DNA from: Candidatus Krumholzibacteriia bacterium
Lineage (GTDB): Bacteria; Krumholzibacteriota; Krumholzibacteriia; LZORAL124-64-63
Direction of reading: 5' to 3'
Assembly (NCBI GenBank): GCA_050174015.1
Contig: JBFXKG010000006.1
Coordinates: forward strand, 128,001-192,000
Length of the DNA: 64,000 nucleotides
Position 1 is the stretch's first letter; every line of letters begins with the position of its first letter. Positions 1-11,174 of the stretch are shown here, one piece after another. The position numbers and the translations under genes were made by a program. The notes beneath the pieces were generated by a model. That model saw only the letters and a list, made by a program, of their open reading frames with translations, made no database searches and was not told where the DNA came from.

Positions 1-2134
1 TCTCCTTCAGGAACGCGGTCCTCAATAACCGCAATTCCTCCTCATCCACGTTGACCCTCACCGAATCGAAAAAATGATCAATACTTGGTCCCAGGGACGA
101 AAGCTGGGCGAAAACGTCCGAATATCGCCCGTCCCTCTCCGCATCCGCCACGGTCCGGGCTGCCCCGGCGACCTTCCGGAGCAGATCGCATTCGGCTGCC
201 TCCGTCAGGCCGGCGAACGATTCCCCGGCCGCCCCCTCGCCCCCCGCCAGCCACCGGTCCAGGCAGGCGTCGAGAGCCTCCACCGCCAGGACGTCGCCCT
301 TGAGGATGTTCCGGCACCGCTTGAAGCCCGTGGCCACCATCTGGAAGTCCGGGTGGTCCCGGTATTCGGTCAGGGCCTGGATCCAGGCGAGGGCGTCCGT
401 GGGGTCCCGCCAGCGGGCCGGCAGGACGGCGCGGACCACCTCGGGAACCGCTCCCTGGACCTCGGTGAAGTACCCCTCCATCCGGGCCCGGATGAAGTCG
501 GCCAGTTCGCCGGCGGCCCGGGGAGAATCCCCGGCCGGGACGAACCCGGCGAAAGCCTCGAGGGCCCGGGCCAGGGCGGCCTCCAGATCCAGCCGCCACC
601 CCCTGGCGACCAGGATCCGGATGACGGCCAGAACGTGCCGGCGCAGGGCGTAGGGGTCCTTGGCCCCGGTGGGTGCGAACCCGGCCAGCCAGCATCCCGC
701 GACGGTATCCAGGCGGTCGGCCAGGGAAAGGCAACTGCTGACCGGGTCGGCGGGAAGCGATCCGCCGGCCGAACGGGGGGCGTAATGGCCCTCGATGGCG
801 GCGCAGACCTCCGGGGATTCGCCCGCCAGTTCGGCGTACCGGGCGCCGATGAACCCCTCGAGCTTGGTGAACTCCTTGCCGTCCTTGATCATCTCGCTGG
901 TCAGGTCGCTCTTGGCCAGCCAGGCGGCCCGGGCCAGGGCCCCGGGAGCCTCGGCTCCCAGTCCCAGACCTGCGGTCCACAGCCAGGGGGCCAGACGCTC
1001 CAGGCGCCGGCTCCTGTCCAGGACCGAGCCGAAGCCCTCCAGCCAGGTCACCGAAGCCAGGAGGGCCACCCGTTCGTCCGGCGACTTCTTCTGATCGAAT
1101 TCCCAGTAGAAGAGGGCGTCCGCCAGCCGGGCCCGCAGGACGCGCTCGTTGCCCGCGATGACGTTGGCGAGATGGTCCCGCCCCCCGTCCCTGACGGCGG
1201 CGAATCGGGGCAACAGGCCTCCCGTCCCCCGGTCCCGGACCGTGAAGTAGCGCTGGTGGCTCTTCAAGGCGGTCGTGACGACCTCGGCGGGCAGGACGGC
1301 GTAATCCTCGCTGTACGCGCCCAGGAATGGGGTGGGGTGCTCGCACAGGAACACCACCTCCTCCAGCAGATCCTCGTCCATGACCAGTTCGGCGGCGGGA
1401 TCGAAGGCGGCCAACTCGGCCGCCAGGCCCTCGAGGATCAGGGACCGCCGGCGGTTCTGGTCGACCACGACGCCGGCCTCGGCCAGGGCGTCCTCGTAGG
1501 TCTCGGGCGAGGCGATCTGCAGGTCCCGGCCTCCGGCCAGGGTGCGGTGCCCCCGGGTCAGACGCCCGGAAGCCAGGTAGTCGACCTTGAAGGCGACGAC
1601 GTCCTCGCCCAGCAGGGCGGCGATCCACTGCAGCGGCCGGGGATATTCCAGATCATGATCGCCCCAGCGCATGACCTTGCGGAACGGGAGCCCCAGGATG
1701 ATCCCCGGCAGGATCCCGGCCAGCACCTCGGCCGCCGGCAGCCCATCCTCCCGCTTACGGGCGACCAGGAACTCGCCCCGCTCGTCGCCGCCTCGCCCGC
1801 ATTCGGCCAGGGACACGCCCGCCTTCCGGGCGAACCCCTCCCCCGCGGGCGTGGGCTTCCCGTCCGGGCCGAAGGCGACGGACACCGGCGGACCCTTGAT
1901 CTCGATCTCCCGGTCGGGTTGCCTTGCCGCGAGCTTCCCCACGCGGACGGCGAGGCGCCGGGGAGTCGCCATGACGCGCCACTCGTCGGCCTGCAGATGC
2001 GCCCCGTCAAGGGCGGCCCTGAGCCCGGCCTCCAGTTCGGCCATGGATCCGGGGATGAACCTGGCGGGGATCTCCTCGCTGCCGATCTCCAGCAGGAAGG
2101 GCAGGGTCGCGGTTTCCTTGGGGTCGGGAGTCAT
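1..2134 (-). CDS. glyS: Glycine--tRNA ligase beta subunit (3' end runs off the window)
   Basis: Absent from the ORF track because no stop lies in the window. Manual translation from ATG 2134 (ATGA overlap with the glyQ stop) gives [26 protein letters not shown]...ATPRRLAV. The C-terminal part [24 protein letters not shown] resembles the DALR anticodon-binding domain. Confidence 0.95.
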   Translation of the reverse strand, partial: MTPDPKETATLPFLLEIGSEEIPARFIPGSMAELEAGLRAALDGAHLQADEWRVMATPRRLAVRVGKLAARQPDREIEIKGPPVSVAFGPDGKPTPAGEGFARKAGVSLAECGRGGDERGEFLVARKREDGLPAAEVLAGILPGIILGLPFRKVMRWGDHDLEYPRPLQWIAALLGEDVVAFKVDYLASGRLTRGHRTLAGGRDLQIASPETYEDALAEAGVVVDQNRRRSLILEGLAAELAAFDPAAELVMDEDLLEEVVFLCEHPTPFLGAYSEDYAVLPAEVVTTALKSHQRYFTVRDRGTGGLLPRFAAVRDGGRDHLANVIAGNERVLRARLADALFYWEFDQKKSPDERVALLASVTWLEGFGSVLDRSRRLERLAPWLWTAGLGLGAEAPGALARAAWLAKSDLTSEMIKDGKEFTKLEGFIGARYAELAGESPEVCAAIEGHYAPRSAGGSLPADPVSSCLSLADRLDTVAGCWLAGFAPTGAKDPYALRRHVLAVIRILVARGWRLDLEAALARALEAFAGFVPAGDSPRAAGELADFIRARMEGYFTEVQGAVPEVVRAVLPARWRDPTDALAWIQALTEYRDHPDFQMVATGFKRCRNILKGDVLAVEALDACLDRWLAGGEGAAGESFAGLTEAAECDLLRKVAGAARTVADAERDGRYSDVFAQLSSLGPSIDHFFDSVRVNVDEEELRLLRTAFLKE

Positions 2135-3015
2135 CCCTTCACCTCCTGTTTCAGCAGGGGGAAACCGAGGTCCTCCCGGCTCTTGACGTAGGCCTGGGCG
2201 GCCAGGCGCGCGAGGTTGCGCACCCTCGCGATGTAGCCCGTCCGTTCGGTCACGGAGATCGCCCCCCTGGCCTCAAGCAGGTTGAAAAGGTGGCTGCACT
2301 TGATGACGGCGTCGTAGCCGGGGAAGACCAGCCCCGCCGTCAGGAGCGTCCGCGCCTCGTTCTCCTTCTCGTCGAAGTGGCGCCGGTACATGGCCACGTC
2401 CGCGTGCTCGAAGTTGAAGGCGGAATACTCCCGCTCGAACTGGCCCATGACCTCGCCCCAGGTCACGCCCCCGCCCCAGACCAGGTCCTTCACGTGGTTG
2501 CAGCCCTGGATGAACATGCAGAGCCGCAGCAGACCGTAGGTCAGCTCCACCGAGACCGGCTTGCACTTGACCCCGCCGACCTGCTGGAAGTAGGTGAACT
2601 GGGACACTTCCATCCCGTCGAGCCAGACCTCCCAGCCCAGCCCGGCGGCCCCGAGGGTGGGGGACTCCCAGTCGTCCTCGACGAAGCGGATGTCGTGCTC
2701 GGCGGCCTTGATGCCCAGGGCGCCCAGGGATTCCAGGTAGAGCTCCTGGCTGTTGGCCGGGTTGGGCTTGAGGATGACCTGGTACTGGAGGAACTGGTGG
2801 ACCCGGTTGGGATTCTCCAGGTAGCGGCCGTCCTTGGGCCGCTTGCTGGGCTCCACGTAGGCCACCTTCCAGGGCTCCGGTCCCAGGGAGCGCAGGAAGG
2901 TGTTGGGATTGAAGGTCCCGGCTCCGACCTCGCTGTTGTAGGGCTGGACGATCACGCAGCCGTAATCGCTCCAGAACCTCTGGAGATTCGCGATCATCTC
3001 CTGGTAGGTCATCAT
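2131..3015 (-). CDS. glyQ: Glycine--tRNA ligase alpha subunit
   Basis: Motifs [63 protein letters not shown] and [18 protein letters not shown]. Confidence 0.98.
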   Translation of the reverse strand: MMTYQEMIANLQRFWSDYGCVIVQPYNSEVGAGTFNPNTFLRSLGPEPWKVAYVEPSKRPKDGRYLENPNRVHQFLQYQVILKPNPANSQELYLESLGALGIKAAEHDIRFVEDDWESPTLGAAGLGWEVWLDGMEVSQFTYFQQVGGVKCKPVSVELTYGLLRLCMFIQGCNHVKDLVWGGGVTWGEVMGQFEREYSAFNFEHADVAMYRRHFDEKENEARTLLTAGLVFPGYDAVIKCSHLFNLLEARGAISVTERTGYIARVRNLARLAAQAYVKSREDLGFPLLKQEVKG

Positions 3016-3022
3016 TCTCGGC

Positions 3023-3841
3023 TCAATCCTTTCGGTTCCTCAACAGGTCCAGGGCGGCCGGCAGGCGGTAGCCCGGCAGGTGGTAGCCCAGGAAGCCGTG
3101 CAGGACGGCTCCGATCTCCCGGCGCAGGGCACGGGGAAAATCCACGTCCTCCCCCACGGCCACCCTTCCGGCGGCCAGCAGGCGCAGGACGTCCAGCGCC
3201 GCGGCGCTGAGCGCCCGCCCGCCCCGGGCGTCCCCCTCGGGCCGGCAGGAAGCGCAGAGGATCCCCCCCGCCGCCAGGGCGAACTGGAGCGGCGCGCCTC
3301 CCTCTTCGGGATCGGCTCCGCAGGCGGCGCAGACCGCCACCTCGGGGGCCAGCCCGTGCAGCCGCAACAGCTCCCATTCCAGGGCGAAGAAGACCAGATC
3401 GGGGCGCCGGCAGGCCGGTGACGATAACACCCGGACGAAGTCCTCGCAAACCTCGAAGAGGCCCCCCGCGGGCCCTTCGCCCCCGGCCATGGGCCCGAAC
3501 GGATCCCGGGGCCGGCAGCGGTCGATGAGTTCGAGGGCTCCCAGCAGGAAGGCGGTCCGCTCGAGGTCGGGAGCGCAGGCCATGGGATCCAGGTTCACGG
3601 CCCCGCCCCGCAGGTACTGGAGTTCCCGGCCGGGCTCGAGGCCGAATTCCGCCGACACCAGCCGCCCCGGCTCCACCAGGGACCGCAGCGAGGACTTCGG
3701 GCGACGGGCGGCCTTTGCGATGACCTTCACGTACCCGTGGTCGCGGGTCAGCAGGGAGGCGATGACGCTGGTCTCGCCGCAGGGCCAGGACCGCAGGACC
3801 AGGGCGTCGCAGCTGACCGACGGCCTGGGCAACACGCTCAT
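3023..3841 (-). CDS. recO: DNA repair protein RecO
   Basis: N-terminal OB fold ([33 protein letters not shown]) and CAACG...CASC zinc finger; usual neighbour of glyQ. Confidence 0.88.
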   Translation of the reverse strand: MSVLPRPSVSCDALVLRSWPCGETSVIASLLTRDHGYVKVIAKAARRPKSSLRSLVEPGRLVSAEFGLEPGRELQYLRGGAVNLDPMACAPDLERTAFLLGALELIDRCRPRDPFGPMAGGEGPAGGLFEVCEDFVRVLSSPACRRPDLVFFALEWELLRLHGLAPEVAVCAACGADPEEGGAPLQFALAAGGILCASCRPEGDARGGRALSAAALDVLRLLAAGRVAVGEDVDFPRALRREIGAVLHGFLGYHLPGYRLPAALDLLRNRKD

Positions 3842-5274
3842 GCCGGACTTCCGAAGATGTAGCGGAGGAAGGCCGTGGCGAGGCCGAGATAGACGAGCAA
3901 CCCGAAGACGTCGTTGAAAGTGGTGATGAACGGACCCGTGGCGACCGCCGGATCGACCCCCACCCGGTGCAGCAGCAGGGGAACGCCGGCGCCCACCATC
4001 GCCGCCATGAGGATGACCAGGAGCATGGCGACACCCAGCAGGATGGACAGCTGGAGGTTGTGGTGGATCAAGGTCGCGAGCAGCGAGATGGCCACGGCCA
4101 TCGCGGCGCCGGTCAGCATGGCGGTTCCCAGCTCCCGCAGCATGTGACGACCGAGCTGGAAGAAACCCAGTTCGCCCGTCGCCAGACCGCGAACCACCAC
4201 GGAGGAGGTCTGGATGCCCGTGTTGCCCCCCAGCGCCATGATCATGGGAATGTAGAAGGACAGCGCCACCATGGTCTGGAGGCTGGCTCCGAAATGGGAA
4301 AGGACGAGGACGGATCCCACTTCCCCCACCAGCGCCCCCACCAGCCAGGGCAGGCGCGACCGCGCCACGCGCAGGGAGGAATGCTCGCCGAACTCCTCGA
4401 CGCTCACGCCGGCCAGGCGCGAGATGTCCTCGGTCGCCTCCTCCTCGAGCACGTCCATGATGTCGTCGGCGGTGATGCGTCCCACCATCCGCATCTGGTG
4501 GTCCAGGACGGGCAGCGAGATCAGGTCGTGGGTCATGAAGAAGCCCGCCACCTCCTCCTGGTCCAGGTCCACCTCCACGTAGAGCGGGTCGGGCTCCATG
4601 ACGTCCTTGACGATGGCGTCGGGCGCGCAGAGCAGCAGCCGGGTCAGGGGCAGGCGGCCGGTCAGGCGGCCCCGGTCGTCCAGGGCGAAGACGAAGTGGA
4701 TGTCCTCCAGCTCGTCCTCGTCGAACAGGCGCAGCGCGGCGATCGCGGCGGCGATGGTCTCGGTCTCCCGGCAGGAGATGAACTCCTTGGCCATGAGGCC
4801 GCCGGCGGTCTCGGGCTCGTACTTCAGGAGGTCGGCGACTTCCCCCCGTTCCGTCTCCTCCATGGCGGCGAGGACCTCGGCCGCCTGCTCCCGGTCCAGT
4901 TCGCCGATGACGTCCGCAGCCTCGTCCGACGGCATCTCCTCCAGGATGTCGGCGATCTCGTCGATGTCCAGCAGGGTGAACAGCGCGCTCAGACTGCGGT
5001 TGTCGATCTCCCCGAGGACCTCGGCCAGGGGATCGGGAGGCAGGGTGCGCAGGATGCTGGCGGTCTCCTCCACGCCCAGGGGGCGGAGGATCTCAGAAAG
5101 GTCGCCCGGGGACAGCTCCAGGCACAGGTCCCTGACCTCCTCGGCCCGCCCGCCCGCGAGAAGTTCGAGCATCCTCAGCCCCAGGGCATGCCGTTCGGCG
5201 TCCAGGTTGCCGGGATCCAGGAGGCGCTCGTCGCTCCTCGATTCGGACTCGGGATCCCTGATCTCGTCGGTCAT
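3838..5274 (-). CDS. mgtE: Magnesium transporter MgtE
   Basis: MgtE_N helical domain, YEPETAGGLM, CBS pair, ALGGNTGIQT, DPAVATGPFITTFNDVFG. Confidence 0.96.
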   Translation of the reverse strand: MTDEIRDPESESRSDERLLDPGNLDAERHALGLRMLELLAGGRAEEVRDLCLELSPGDLSEILRPLGVEETASILRTLPPDPLAEVLGEIDNRSLSALFTLLDIDEIADILEEMPSDEAADVIGELDREQAAEVLAAMEETERGEVADLLKYEPETAGGLMAKEFISCRETETIAAAIAALRLFDEDELEDIHFVFALDDRGRLTGRLPLTRLLLCAPDAIVKDVMEPDPLYVEVDLDQEEVAGFFMTHDLISLPVLDHQMRMVGRITADDIMDVLEEEATEDISRLAGVSVEEFGEHSSLRVARSRLPWLVGALVGEVGSVLVLSHFGASLQTMVALSFYIPMIMALGGNTGIQTSSVVVRGLATGELGFFQLGRHMLRELGTAMLTGAAMAVAISLLATLIHHNLQLSILLGVAMLLVILMAAMVGAGVPLLLHRVGVDPAVATGPFITTFNDVFGLLVYLGLATAFLRYIFGSPA

Positions 5275-5939
5275 GCCTTCACCTCCCGGCCGCCGGCATC
5301 GTCGCCGTCCGCCGCGACCTCGGCTTGGAACGTCCCGGCCACCGCCAGGGCCTGGCCCGCCGTCATGATCGCGCCTCCGGAGACCACCAGCTTGATGGCC
5401 TCCTCCACGGGAACGCCCAGCTCCCGGACCTGGTCCCGGGGGATCAGGAGCATGAATCCGGAGGTGGGATTGGGCGTGGTCGGCAGGAACACGTTCACCT
5501 GGGGATCAGCCGGTTCATCCCGGGTGACGAAACCCAGGGAGTACATGCCGGCCCGGGGATACTCGAAGATGACCACCTTCTGGAAGGCCGTCCGGCGGTC
5601 CTGAAGGAAGACCTCGGCCAGCTGCTTGGTGGCCGAGAACACGCTCTTGACCACGGGAATCCCGACGAAGAGCCGCTCCACCATCCGGAAGAAGGCCACG
5701 CCGATCACGTTGCGGGTGAAGATCCCCACCAGGACGATCAGCAGCAGGAAGACGGCGGCCCCGATGACGGTGAGGAAGAAGTCGGGATAGGCGTCGGTCA
5801 GCGCGGGGATGCGCTGCAGCCAGGGCTTCATGGTGGCGCTGACCATCAGGTAGAAGCGCCACAGGATCCAGGAGGTGATGGCCAGCGGCGATATGGCCAG
5901 CAGGCCCGTCAGGAAATGCTTCTGCAGGAATCGCAACAC
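5271..5939 (-). CDS. DUF502 family membrane protein
   Basis: FLTGLL..PLAIT, IPVVKSVFSATKQ, EYPRAG, FLPTTPNPTSGF. Confidence 0.92.
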   Translation of the reverse strand: MLRFLQKHFLTGLLAISPLAITSWILWRFYLMVSATMKPWLQRIPALTDAYPDFFLTVIGAAVFLLLIVLVGIFTRNVIGVAFFRMVERLFVGIPVVKSVFSATKQLAEVFLQDRRTAFQKVVIFEYPRAGMYSLGFVTRDEPADPQVNVFLPTTPNPTSGFMLLIPRDQVRELGVPVEEAIKLVVSGGAIMTAGQALAVAGTFQAEVAADGDDAGGREVKA

Positions 5940-5990
5940 GGGGACTCACCTCCATTCCCACGGGCCGGAGAATCCGGGCCCGCGATCGGG

Positions 5991-7325
5991 TCATCGGTCA
6001 TCGGGACGCTCGACCTGGGCGAAGCCCGGCAAGGGGGCCGGCGCCTGCAACAGGACCCTGACGATGCGCTGGTCCGCGACGTCCTCCACGGTGATCGTCC
6101 AGTCCCCGACGGTGACCTCGTCGCCGGGCCGGGGCACGTTGCCCGCCGCCTCGTAGATCAGCCCGCCCAGGGTCTCGCTGGTCTCCCAGCCGTCCAGGCC
6201 TTCGAGGGGTATCCCCAGGACCTCGCTCAGGTCGTCGAGATCGATCTTGGGATCCAGGCGCAGGCTGCGCGCATCGAGCCAGGCGACGAGTTCCTCCTCG
6301 GGATCGAACTCGTCCTCGATCTCGCCCACGATCTCCTCGAGGACGTCCTCGAGGGTCACCAGCCCCGCGATCCCCCCGTACTCGTCGATCACCACCGCCA
6401 TGTGGATGCGCTGCTCCCGGAATTCGTCCAGGACCTCGTCGATCTTCTTGCTCTCGGGGATGAAGTAGGCCGGGCGCACCAGCTCCGCCAGCCTTTTCGG
6501 TTCGGAGGCGAACCGCCCCTCCCGGACCAGCTTGAGCAGGTCCTTGGAATACAGGATCCCGATCACCCGGTCCACGCTGCCCTGGTAGACGGGAATGCGG
6601 GAGTGTCCGCTGCTGATGACCTCCTCCAGCGAAGCGGCCACGTCGAGGTCCCCGTCCAGGATGACCATGTCGATGCGGGGGATCATGATCTCGCGCACGG
6701 CGGTGTCGTGGAAGGTGAAGATGCTCTGGATCATCTCCCGCTCGTCCTCGTCCAGGGTCGCGTTCTCCCCCTCCTCGGTGATCAGGCTGCGGATCTCGCC
6801 GGCCGACAGGTGGGGATGGGCTTCGGCCACCCACAGGGTGTCGTCCAGGCGGTTCATCACCGCGAGCATGAGCGAGGACCAGGGCCGCAGCAGCCAGCTG
6901 AAGGGATAGACCAGGGCGCCCACCGTCCGGGCGTAACCCAGGGCGGTTCCCGCGGCCAGCAGCTTGAACACCAGCCCGCCCAGGTACCAGCCCAGCAGGG
7001 CGGTGGCCGTGTACAGGCCGTAGAAGGCCGCGTCCAGCGCCCCGTTCCACATGGCCGCCAGCACCCTGCTCCAGGCGAAGCAACCGAGGACCGTCAAGGC
7101 CAGGTAGAGGGTTCCGATGGTCACCTGGAACCGGCGGTCGTCCTGGACGAAATCCCTCACCACCGGCCCCAGGGCGCCCGGCTCCAGCAGCCCGTTGCGG
7201 TAGAGGCCGAGCAGGCGGTAGTGGGCGGTCATCAATCCTCCCAGCAACATGGCCCCGAGCCAGCAGCCTGCAGCGAGCAGGATGGTTCCGGGCGCGCCGC
7301 TCAGCCAGGACGCGGTGCTCTCCAT
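5991..7325 (-). CDS. Hemolysin/CorC-HlyC family protein (CNNM TM + CBS pair + CorC_HlyC)
   Basis: N-terminal TM helices, VREIMIPRIDM, GHSRIPVY, VIDEYGGIAGLVTLEDVLEEIVGEIEDEFD. Start placed at ATG 7325, after the ybeY stop. Confidence 0.9.
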   Translation of the reverse strand: MESTASWLSGAPGTILLAAGCWLGAMLLGGLMTAHYRLLGLYRNGLLEPGALGPVVRDFVQDDRRFQVTIGTLYLALTVLGCFAWSRVLAAMWNGALDAAFYGLYTATALLGWYLGGLVFKLLAAGTALGYARTVGALVYPFSWLLRPWSSLMLAVMNRLDDTLWVAEAHPHLSAGEIRSLITEEGENATLDEDEREMIQSIFTFHDTAVREIMIPRIDMVILDGDLDVAASLEEVISSGHSRIPVYQGSVDRVIGILYSKDLLKLVREGRFASEPKRLAELVRPAYFIPESKKIDEVLDEFREQRIHMAVVIDEYGGIAGLVTLEDVLEEIVGEIEDEFDPEEELVAWLDARSLRLDPKIDLDDLSEVLGIPLEGLDGWETSETLGGLIYEAAGNVPRPGDEVTVGDWTITVEDVADQRIVRVLLQAPAPLPGFAQVERPDDR

Positions 7326-7332
7326 GGACGGG

Positions 7333-7875
7333 TCAGCTCCTTTCCAGCAAGGGATGCGGCAGACCCACGATGGCCAGGCGACCGGCCTCCAGGGTCTGCA
7401 TCGCCGTGCGCAGGGCGGGATCATCGTGTTCCCACCCCAGGACGTGCAGGCAACCGTGAACGACCAGGAGATTGAACTCCGCCCGGGGATCCCAGCCTTC
7501 GGCCGCGCACCTGGCGGCCACGAAGGCCGGGGCGATGACGACTTCCCCGACGGGGTCCTCCCCGGAGCCGCCCGTACCCGACGACCACAGGTCGCCGGCG
7601 GCGCCCCTCTCCCCGGCGGTGAGGTCGGGGGGGCCGCTCCCCTCCCGGTCCAGGTAGGAAAAGGACAGGACGTCGGTCACGTCGGCGCCCCCGCGATAGC
7701 GGCGGTTGAGTTCGGTCATGGCATGGTCGCCGACCAGGACCAGGTTGACCGCCCAGTCGCGGACGCCCAGCCCGTCGATCGCCGGCGCGAGAGGGGCCGG
7801 CCAATCCGCCGGCGCCCCGTTCCAGGGCGCCGAACCCGCTCCGGCGGCGCGCCGGTCCACCAGCAGGAGCCTCAT
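7333..7875 (-). CDS. ybeY: rRNA maturation endoribonuclease YbeY
   Basis: ELNRRYRG, TDVLSF and HGCLHVLGWEH (H-x3-H-x5-H). The ATG at 7875 overlaps the upstream stop (ATGA). Confidence 0.9.
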   Translation of the reverse strand: MRLLLVDRRAAGAGSAPWNGAPADWPAPLAPAIDGLGVRDWAVNLVLVGDHAMTELNRRYRGGADVTDVLSFSYLDREGSGPPDLTAGERGAAGDLWSSGTGGSGEDPVGEVVIAPAFVAARCAAEGWDPRAEFNLLVVHGCLHVLGWEHDDPALRTAMQTLEAGRLAIVGLPHPLLERS

Positions 7876-10142
7876 GGGCGCACCTTGCGCTCGCCCCGCC
7901 GCTCGCCGCCGCCGGATTCCCGCTCCTTCTGTCCCGGATAGACGATCCGGGCATGGTGGATGCCGGTCAACAGGGGCACGAAGGAATCCCTGATCCGGGC
8001 CAGGTCGCTGAGGGTCAGGCCCGACTCGTCGAGTTCCCCGCTGAGCATCCGCTTGTCGAGGATCTGCTTGGTGATCTCCTTGATCCGGCTGGGCGTGGGC
8101 TTGCCCAGGGAACGGGCTGCCGCTTCGGTGGCGTCGGCCAGCATCAGGATCGCCGTCTCCCGCGAGCGCGGCTTGGGGCCCGGATACCTGAAGTCGTCCA
8201 CCTTGACGGTCTCGTTGCCCCCGGCCTCGATCGCCTTGTGGTAGAAGTACTCCATGATCATGGTCCCGTGGTGTTCCGGGATGAAGTCCAGCACCTGCTG
8301 GGGCAGGCGCCATTTCCTGCCCAGTTCGATCCCCTCCTTCACGTGGGAGGAGATGACCAGGGCGCTCATGCTGGGGCTCAGCTCGTCGTGCTTGTTCAGG
8401 TCCGGCCGCTGGTTCTCCACGTAGTACTCGGGCTTGAGCATCTTGCCGATGTCGTGGAACAGGGCTCCGACCCGCGTCAGCAGGGCGTTGGCGTCGACCG
8501 CACGGGCCGCATGTTCGGCCAGCTGGCCGACCACCTGGCTGTGGTGGTACGTGCCCTGGGCCTCCAGGGCCATGCGCTGGAGCAGGGGGTGGTTCAGGTC
8601 CGAAAGCTCCAGCAGGGTCAGGTCCGAGCACATCCCCACCAGAGGTTCGACCACCGGCAACAGGAACAGCCCGATCATCACCGAGAGCACGGGGGAGAAC
8701 ACCGCGACCAGCAGCAGACCCAGGCCCGGATCCCCCGCGCCCGCGTCGCCGCTGCGGGACACCAGGGTCAGCAGGACCGACAGGGCCGTCAGCAGCACGA
8801 AGGTCTGGTAGAACTGGCTGCGTTTCTGGATGCGCCGCACGCTGACCACCGTGACCATCCCCAGCACGAACCAGGTGAAGACCATGCCGCCGGAGATGTC
8901 GGGCAGCAGGGCCAGCAGGGAAAGGGCCAGGAGCGTCATGGTGTAGCCGACCTTGTCCCGGAACAGGACCGTGGCCAGCAGGGACAGCAGGACGATGGGC
9001 ACGGCGATGGGCCCGAGGAACGGGCGTCCCAGCGCCACGGCGGACCCGGCCAGGAACAGGGTCAGGATCACGGCCAGGGTGATGATGCTGCGGGGCCGCC
9101 GCATCTGCCTGGGAAAGTGGATCGCGCCGAGCCAGCCGAACAGGCCGATGGCGATGGCCACCACCAGGGCGCGCACCAGGTATCCCCCGGCGATCTTCAG
9201 CGCGTCCCCGCCGCCCCCGCGCGCCCGGATCTGCTGGGCGAGCTCCGCCAGGAACAGGGCCTGCCGGTCGGTGACCCTGACCCCCTGGTCGACGATCCGT
9301 TCCCCGCGGAAGAACTCGCGAGTCGTGGGCACCGACTGCCGGACCTGTTCCTGCCTCTGTCGCGTCTGGTCGGAGTCGTAGACGAGGTTCGGCGCCAGGA
9401 ACTGCCGCATGACCGAGGCGGCGTCCACGGCCTCGATGGGGGGCAGCCCGGCCCGGCGCAGCTCCCAGACCAGTTTCTCCTCCAGGTCGGCCTGCGTCAC
9501 GACCCGGTCCACGCGCACCCGCTGCTCCACCTGGTTCCTGAGGATCGTGAGGTGGTCGTACTTGCCCGCCGGCAACATGTCCACCAGTCCTCCGCTCAGG
9601 ATGCTGCGTCCGGCCGTGCGGATCTTCACGACCAGGGAGTCGCCCTGGCCCGAAGCCAGCAGCCGCAGCAGTTCACTCGAGTTGACGGTGGGGAACCGGA
9701 GAGTCAGCAGCTCCACCCGGGATGCCAGGGGGATGGTGTCGGCCACCGCCTCGGCCAGGGCCGTCAGCCAGAGGTCGAACCGGGCCTCCTGCCCCACGGC
9801 GGCGGCGCGCTGGAGTTCCATAAGGACCGGGGGCACCTCGACGACCTTCTCCAGCCGCTGCATCTGGACTTCCTGGTCCGGCAGCGGAGCCTCGAAGGGG
9901 AACGGGGCGCGGATCTCCTGCTCGGCGATGTCCCCGGCCTCGGGGAAGTCGATGTTGAACCGGGGAACCGGGGGGAAGAGGACCAGATGCAGGACCAGGA
10001 CCAGCAGGCCCAGGCCCCCCAGCCACCAGGGCGTCCGGCCGGGGAGCGCCGCCCCGGACCTGCTTCCCGCACGCAGAGGGGACCGCGGCTCCCGGCCGCC
10101 CGCAAGGCGGGCCATGATTTCACGAAACCGGAACCACAACAC
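7872..10142 (-). CDS. 7TM-HD family phosphohydrolase (PgpH-like, probable cyclic dinucleotide phosphodiesterase)
   Basis: Extracellular 7TMR-HDED region, several TM helices, LLELSDLNHPLL, GTYHHS, HDIGK, EHHGT, FRYPGPKP, LADATEAA; phoH-HD-ybeY context. Confidence 0.9.
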   Translation of the reverse strand: MLWFRFREIMARLAGGREPRSPLRAGSRSGAALPGRTPWWLGGLGLLVLVLHLVLFPPVPRFNIDFPEAGDIAEQEIRAPFPFEAPLPDQEVQMQRLEKVVEVPPVLMELQRAAAVGQEARFDLWLTALAEAVADTIPLASRVELLTLRFPTVNSSELLRLLASGQGDSLVVKIRTAGRSILSGGLVDMLPAGKYDHLTILRNQVEQRVRVDRVVTQADLEEKLVWELRRAGLPPIEAVDAASVMRQFLAPNLVYDSDQTRQRQEQVRQSVPTTREFFRGERIVDQGVRVTDRQALFLAELAQQIRARGGGGDALKIAGGYLVRALVVAIAIGLFGWLGAIHFPRQMRRPRSIITLAVILTLFLAGSAVALGRPFLGPIAVPIVLLSLLATVLFRDKVGYTMTLLALSLLALLPDISGGMVFTWFVLGMVTVVSVRRIQKRSQFYQTFVLLTALSVLLTLVSRSGDAGAGDPGLGLLLVAVFSPVLSVMIGLFLLPVVEPLVGMCSDLTLLELSDLNHPLLQRMALEAQGTYHHSQVVGQLAEHAARAVDANALLTRVGALFHDIGKMLKPEYYVENQRPDLNKHDELSPSMSALVISSHVKEGIELGRKWRLPQQVLDFIPEHHGTMIMEYFYHKAIEAGGNETVKVDDFRYPGPKPRSRETAILMLADATEAAARSLGKPTPSRIKEITKQILDKRMLSGELDESGLTLSDLARIRDSFVPLLTGIHHARIVYPGQKERESGGGERRGERKVRP

Positions 10143-10178
10143 GGATCGATCCCGTCCTTCCCGTCAAGCCTCACGGCC

Positions 10179-11174
10179 TCATTCGCGTCCGGGGCCGTCC
10201 CCTGCCTGTTCGAAGGCGTCGATGATCCGTTTCACCAGGGGATGGCGCACGACGTCCCGCCCGGACAGCTCGACGAAGGAGACGCCCGGGGTATGCTGCA
10301 GGATTTCCCGGACGTGCACAAGACCCGATTGCTCCTTGACGGCCAGGTCGATCTGGGTGATGTCGCCCGTCACCACCGCCTTGGACTGGAAGCCCAGTCG
10401 GGTCAGGAACATCTTCATCTGGCCGATCGTCGTGTTCTGGGCCTCGTCGAGGATCACGAACGCGTTGTTGAGAGTGCGGCCCCGCATGTAGGCCAGGGGC
10501 GAGGCCTCGATCACCCCGCCGGCCATGAACCTGGCGATCTTGGCCGCGCCGGTGATGTCCGACAGGGCGTCGTAGAGCGGGCGCAGATAGGGGTTGATCT
10601 TCTCGTTCAGGTCGCCGGGCAGGAATCCCAGCTGCTCGCCGGCCTCGACGGCCGGGCGCACCAGGACGATCCTGTCGACCAGCTGGCGCTTGAGGTAGTC
10701 CATGGCCATGACCACGGCCAGGAAGGTCTTGCCGGTCCCCGCCGGACCGATGGCGAACACCAGGTCGTGGTTCCGGATGGCCTCGACGTAATCCCGCTGG
10801 CCGGGGGATTTCGTCCGGACGGCCTGGCGGCTGCCGGCGGAGAACGTCAGCGGGGGATCGTCGCTCTCCCCCTCTTCCTCGGCCCCGTCGCCCCGGCTGC
10901 ACAGGTAGTCCAGGGTCACGCGGTCGATGATCTGGCCCTGCTCCACCCTTTCCATCAGCCCGCCGAGGACGTCCCGGACCTCCTCCACGGCCTCGCGGGG
11001 GCCCCGGACCCTCAGCTTGTCCCCGCGGACCGCCAGGTCGACCCCGAACCGGTCCTCGAGGTACCGGAGGTTGCCGTCCCGGGTGCCCAGCAGGTCCAGC
11101 TGGTCGACCCCCGTCAGGTCCAGCGTGATCTCCAGGGCGCCGTCGCCCCGCTTGTCGCCCCGCCGGGGTTTCAC
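10179..11174 (-). CDS. phoH: PhoH family ATPase
   Basis: [56 protein letters not shown]. Confidence 0.96.
   Translation of the reverse strand: MKPRRGDKRGDGALEITLDLTGVDQLDLLGTRDGNLRYLEDRFGVDLAVRGDKLRVRGPREAVEEVRDVLGGLMERVEQGQIIDRVTLDYLCSRGDGAEEEGESDDPPLTFSAGSRQAVRTKSPGQRDYVEAIRNHDLVFAIGPAGTGKTFLAVVMAMDYLKRQLVDRIVLVRPAVEAGEQLGFLPGDLNEKINPYLRPLYDALSDITGAAKIARFMAGGVIEASPLAYMRGRTLNNAFVILDEAQNTTIGQMKMFLTRLGFQSKAVVTGDITQIDLAVKEQSGLVHVREILQHTPGVSFVELSGRDVVRHPLVKRIIDAFEQAGDGPGRE

Noticed and set aside
74..2191. 705-aa plus-strand ORF and many other long antisense or alternate-frame ORFs (e.g. 7953-11537, 23844-25802, 30441-32795, 37832-40294)
   Set aside because: Shadow ORFs typical of high-GC DNA. 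They overlap well-supported genes and show no recognisable motifs.
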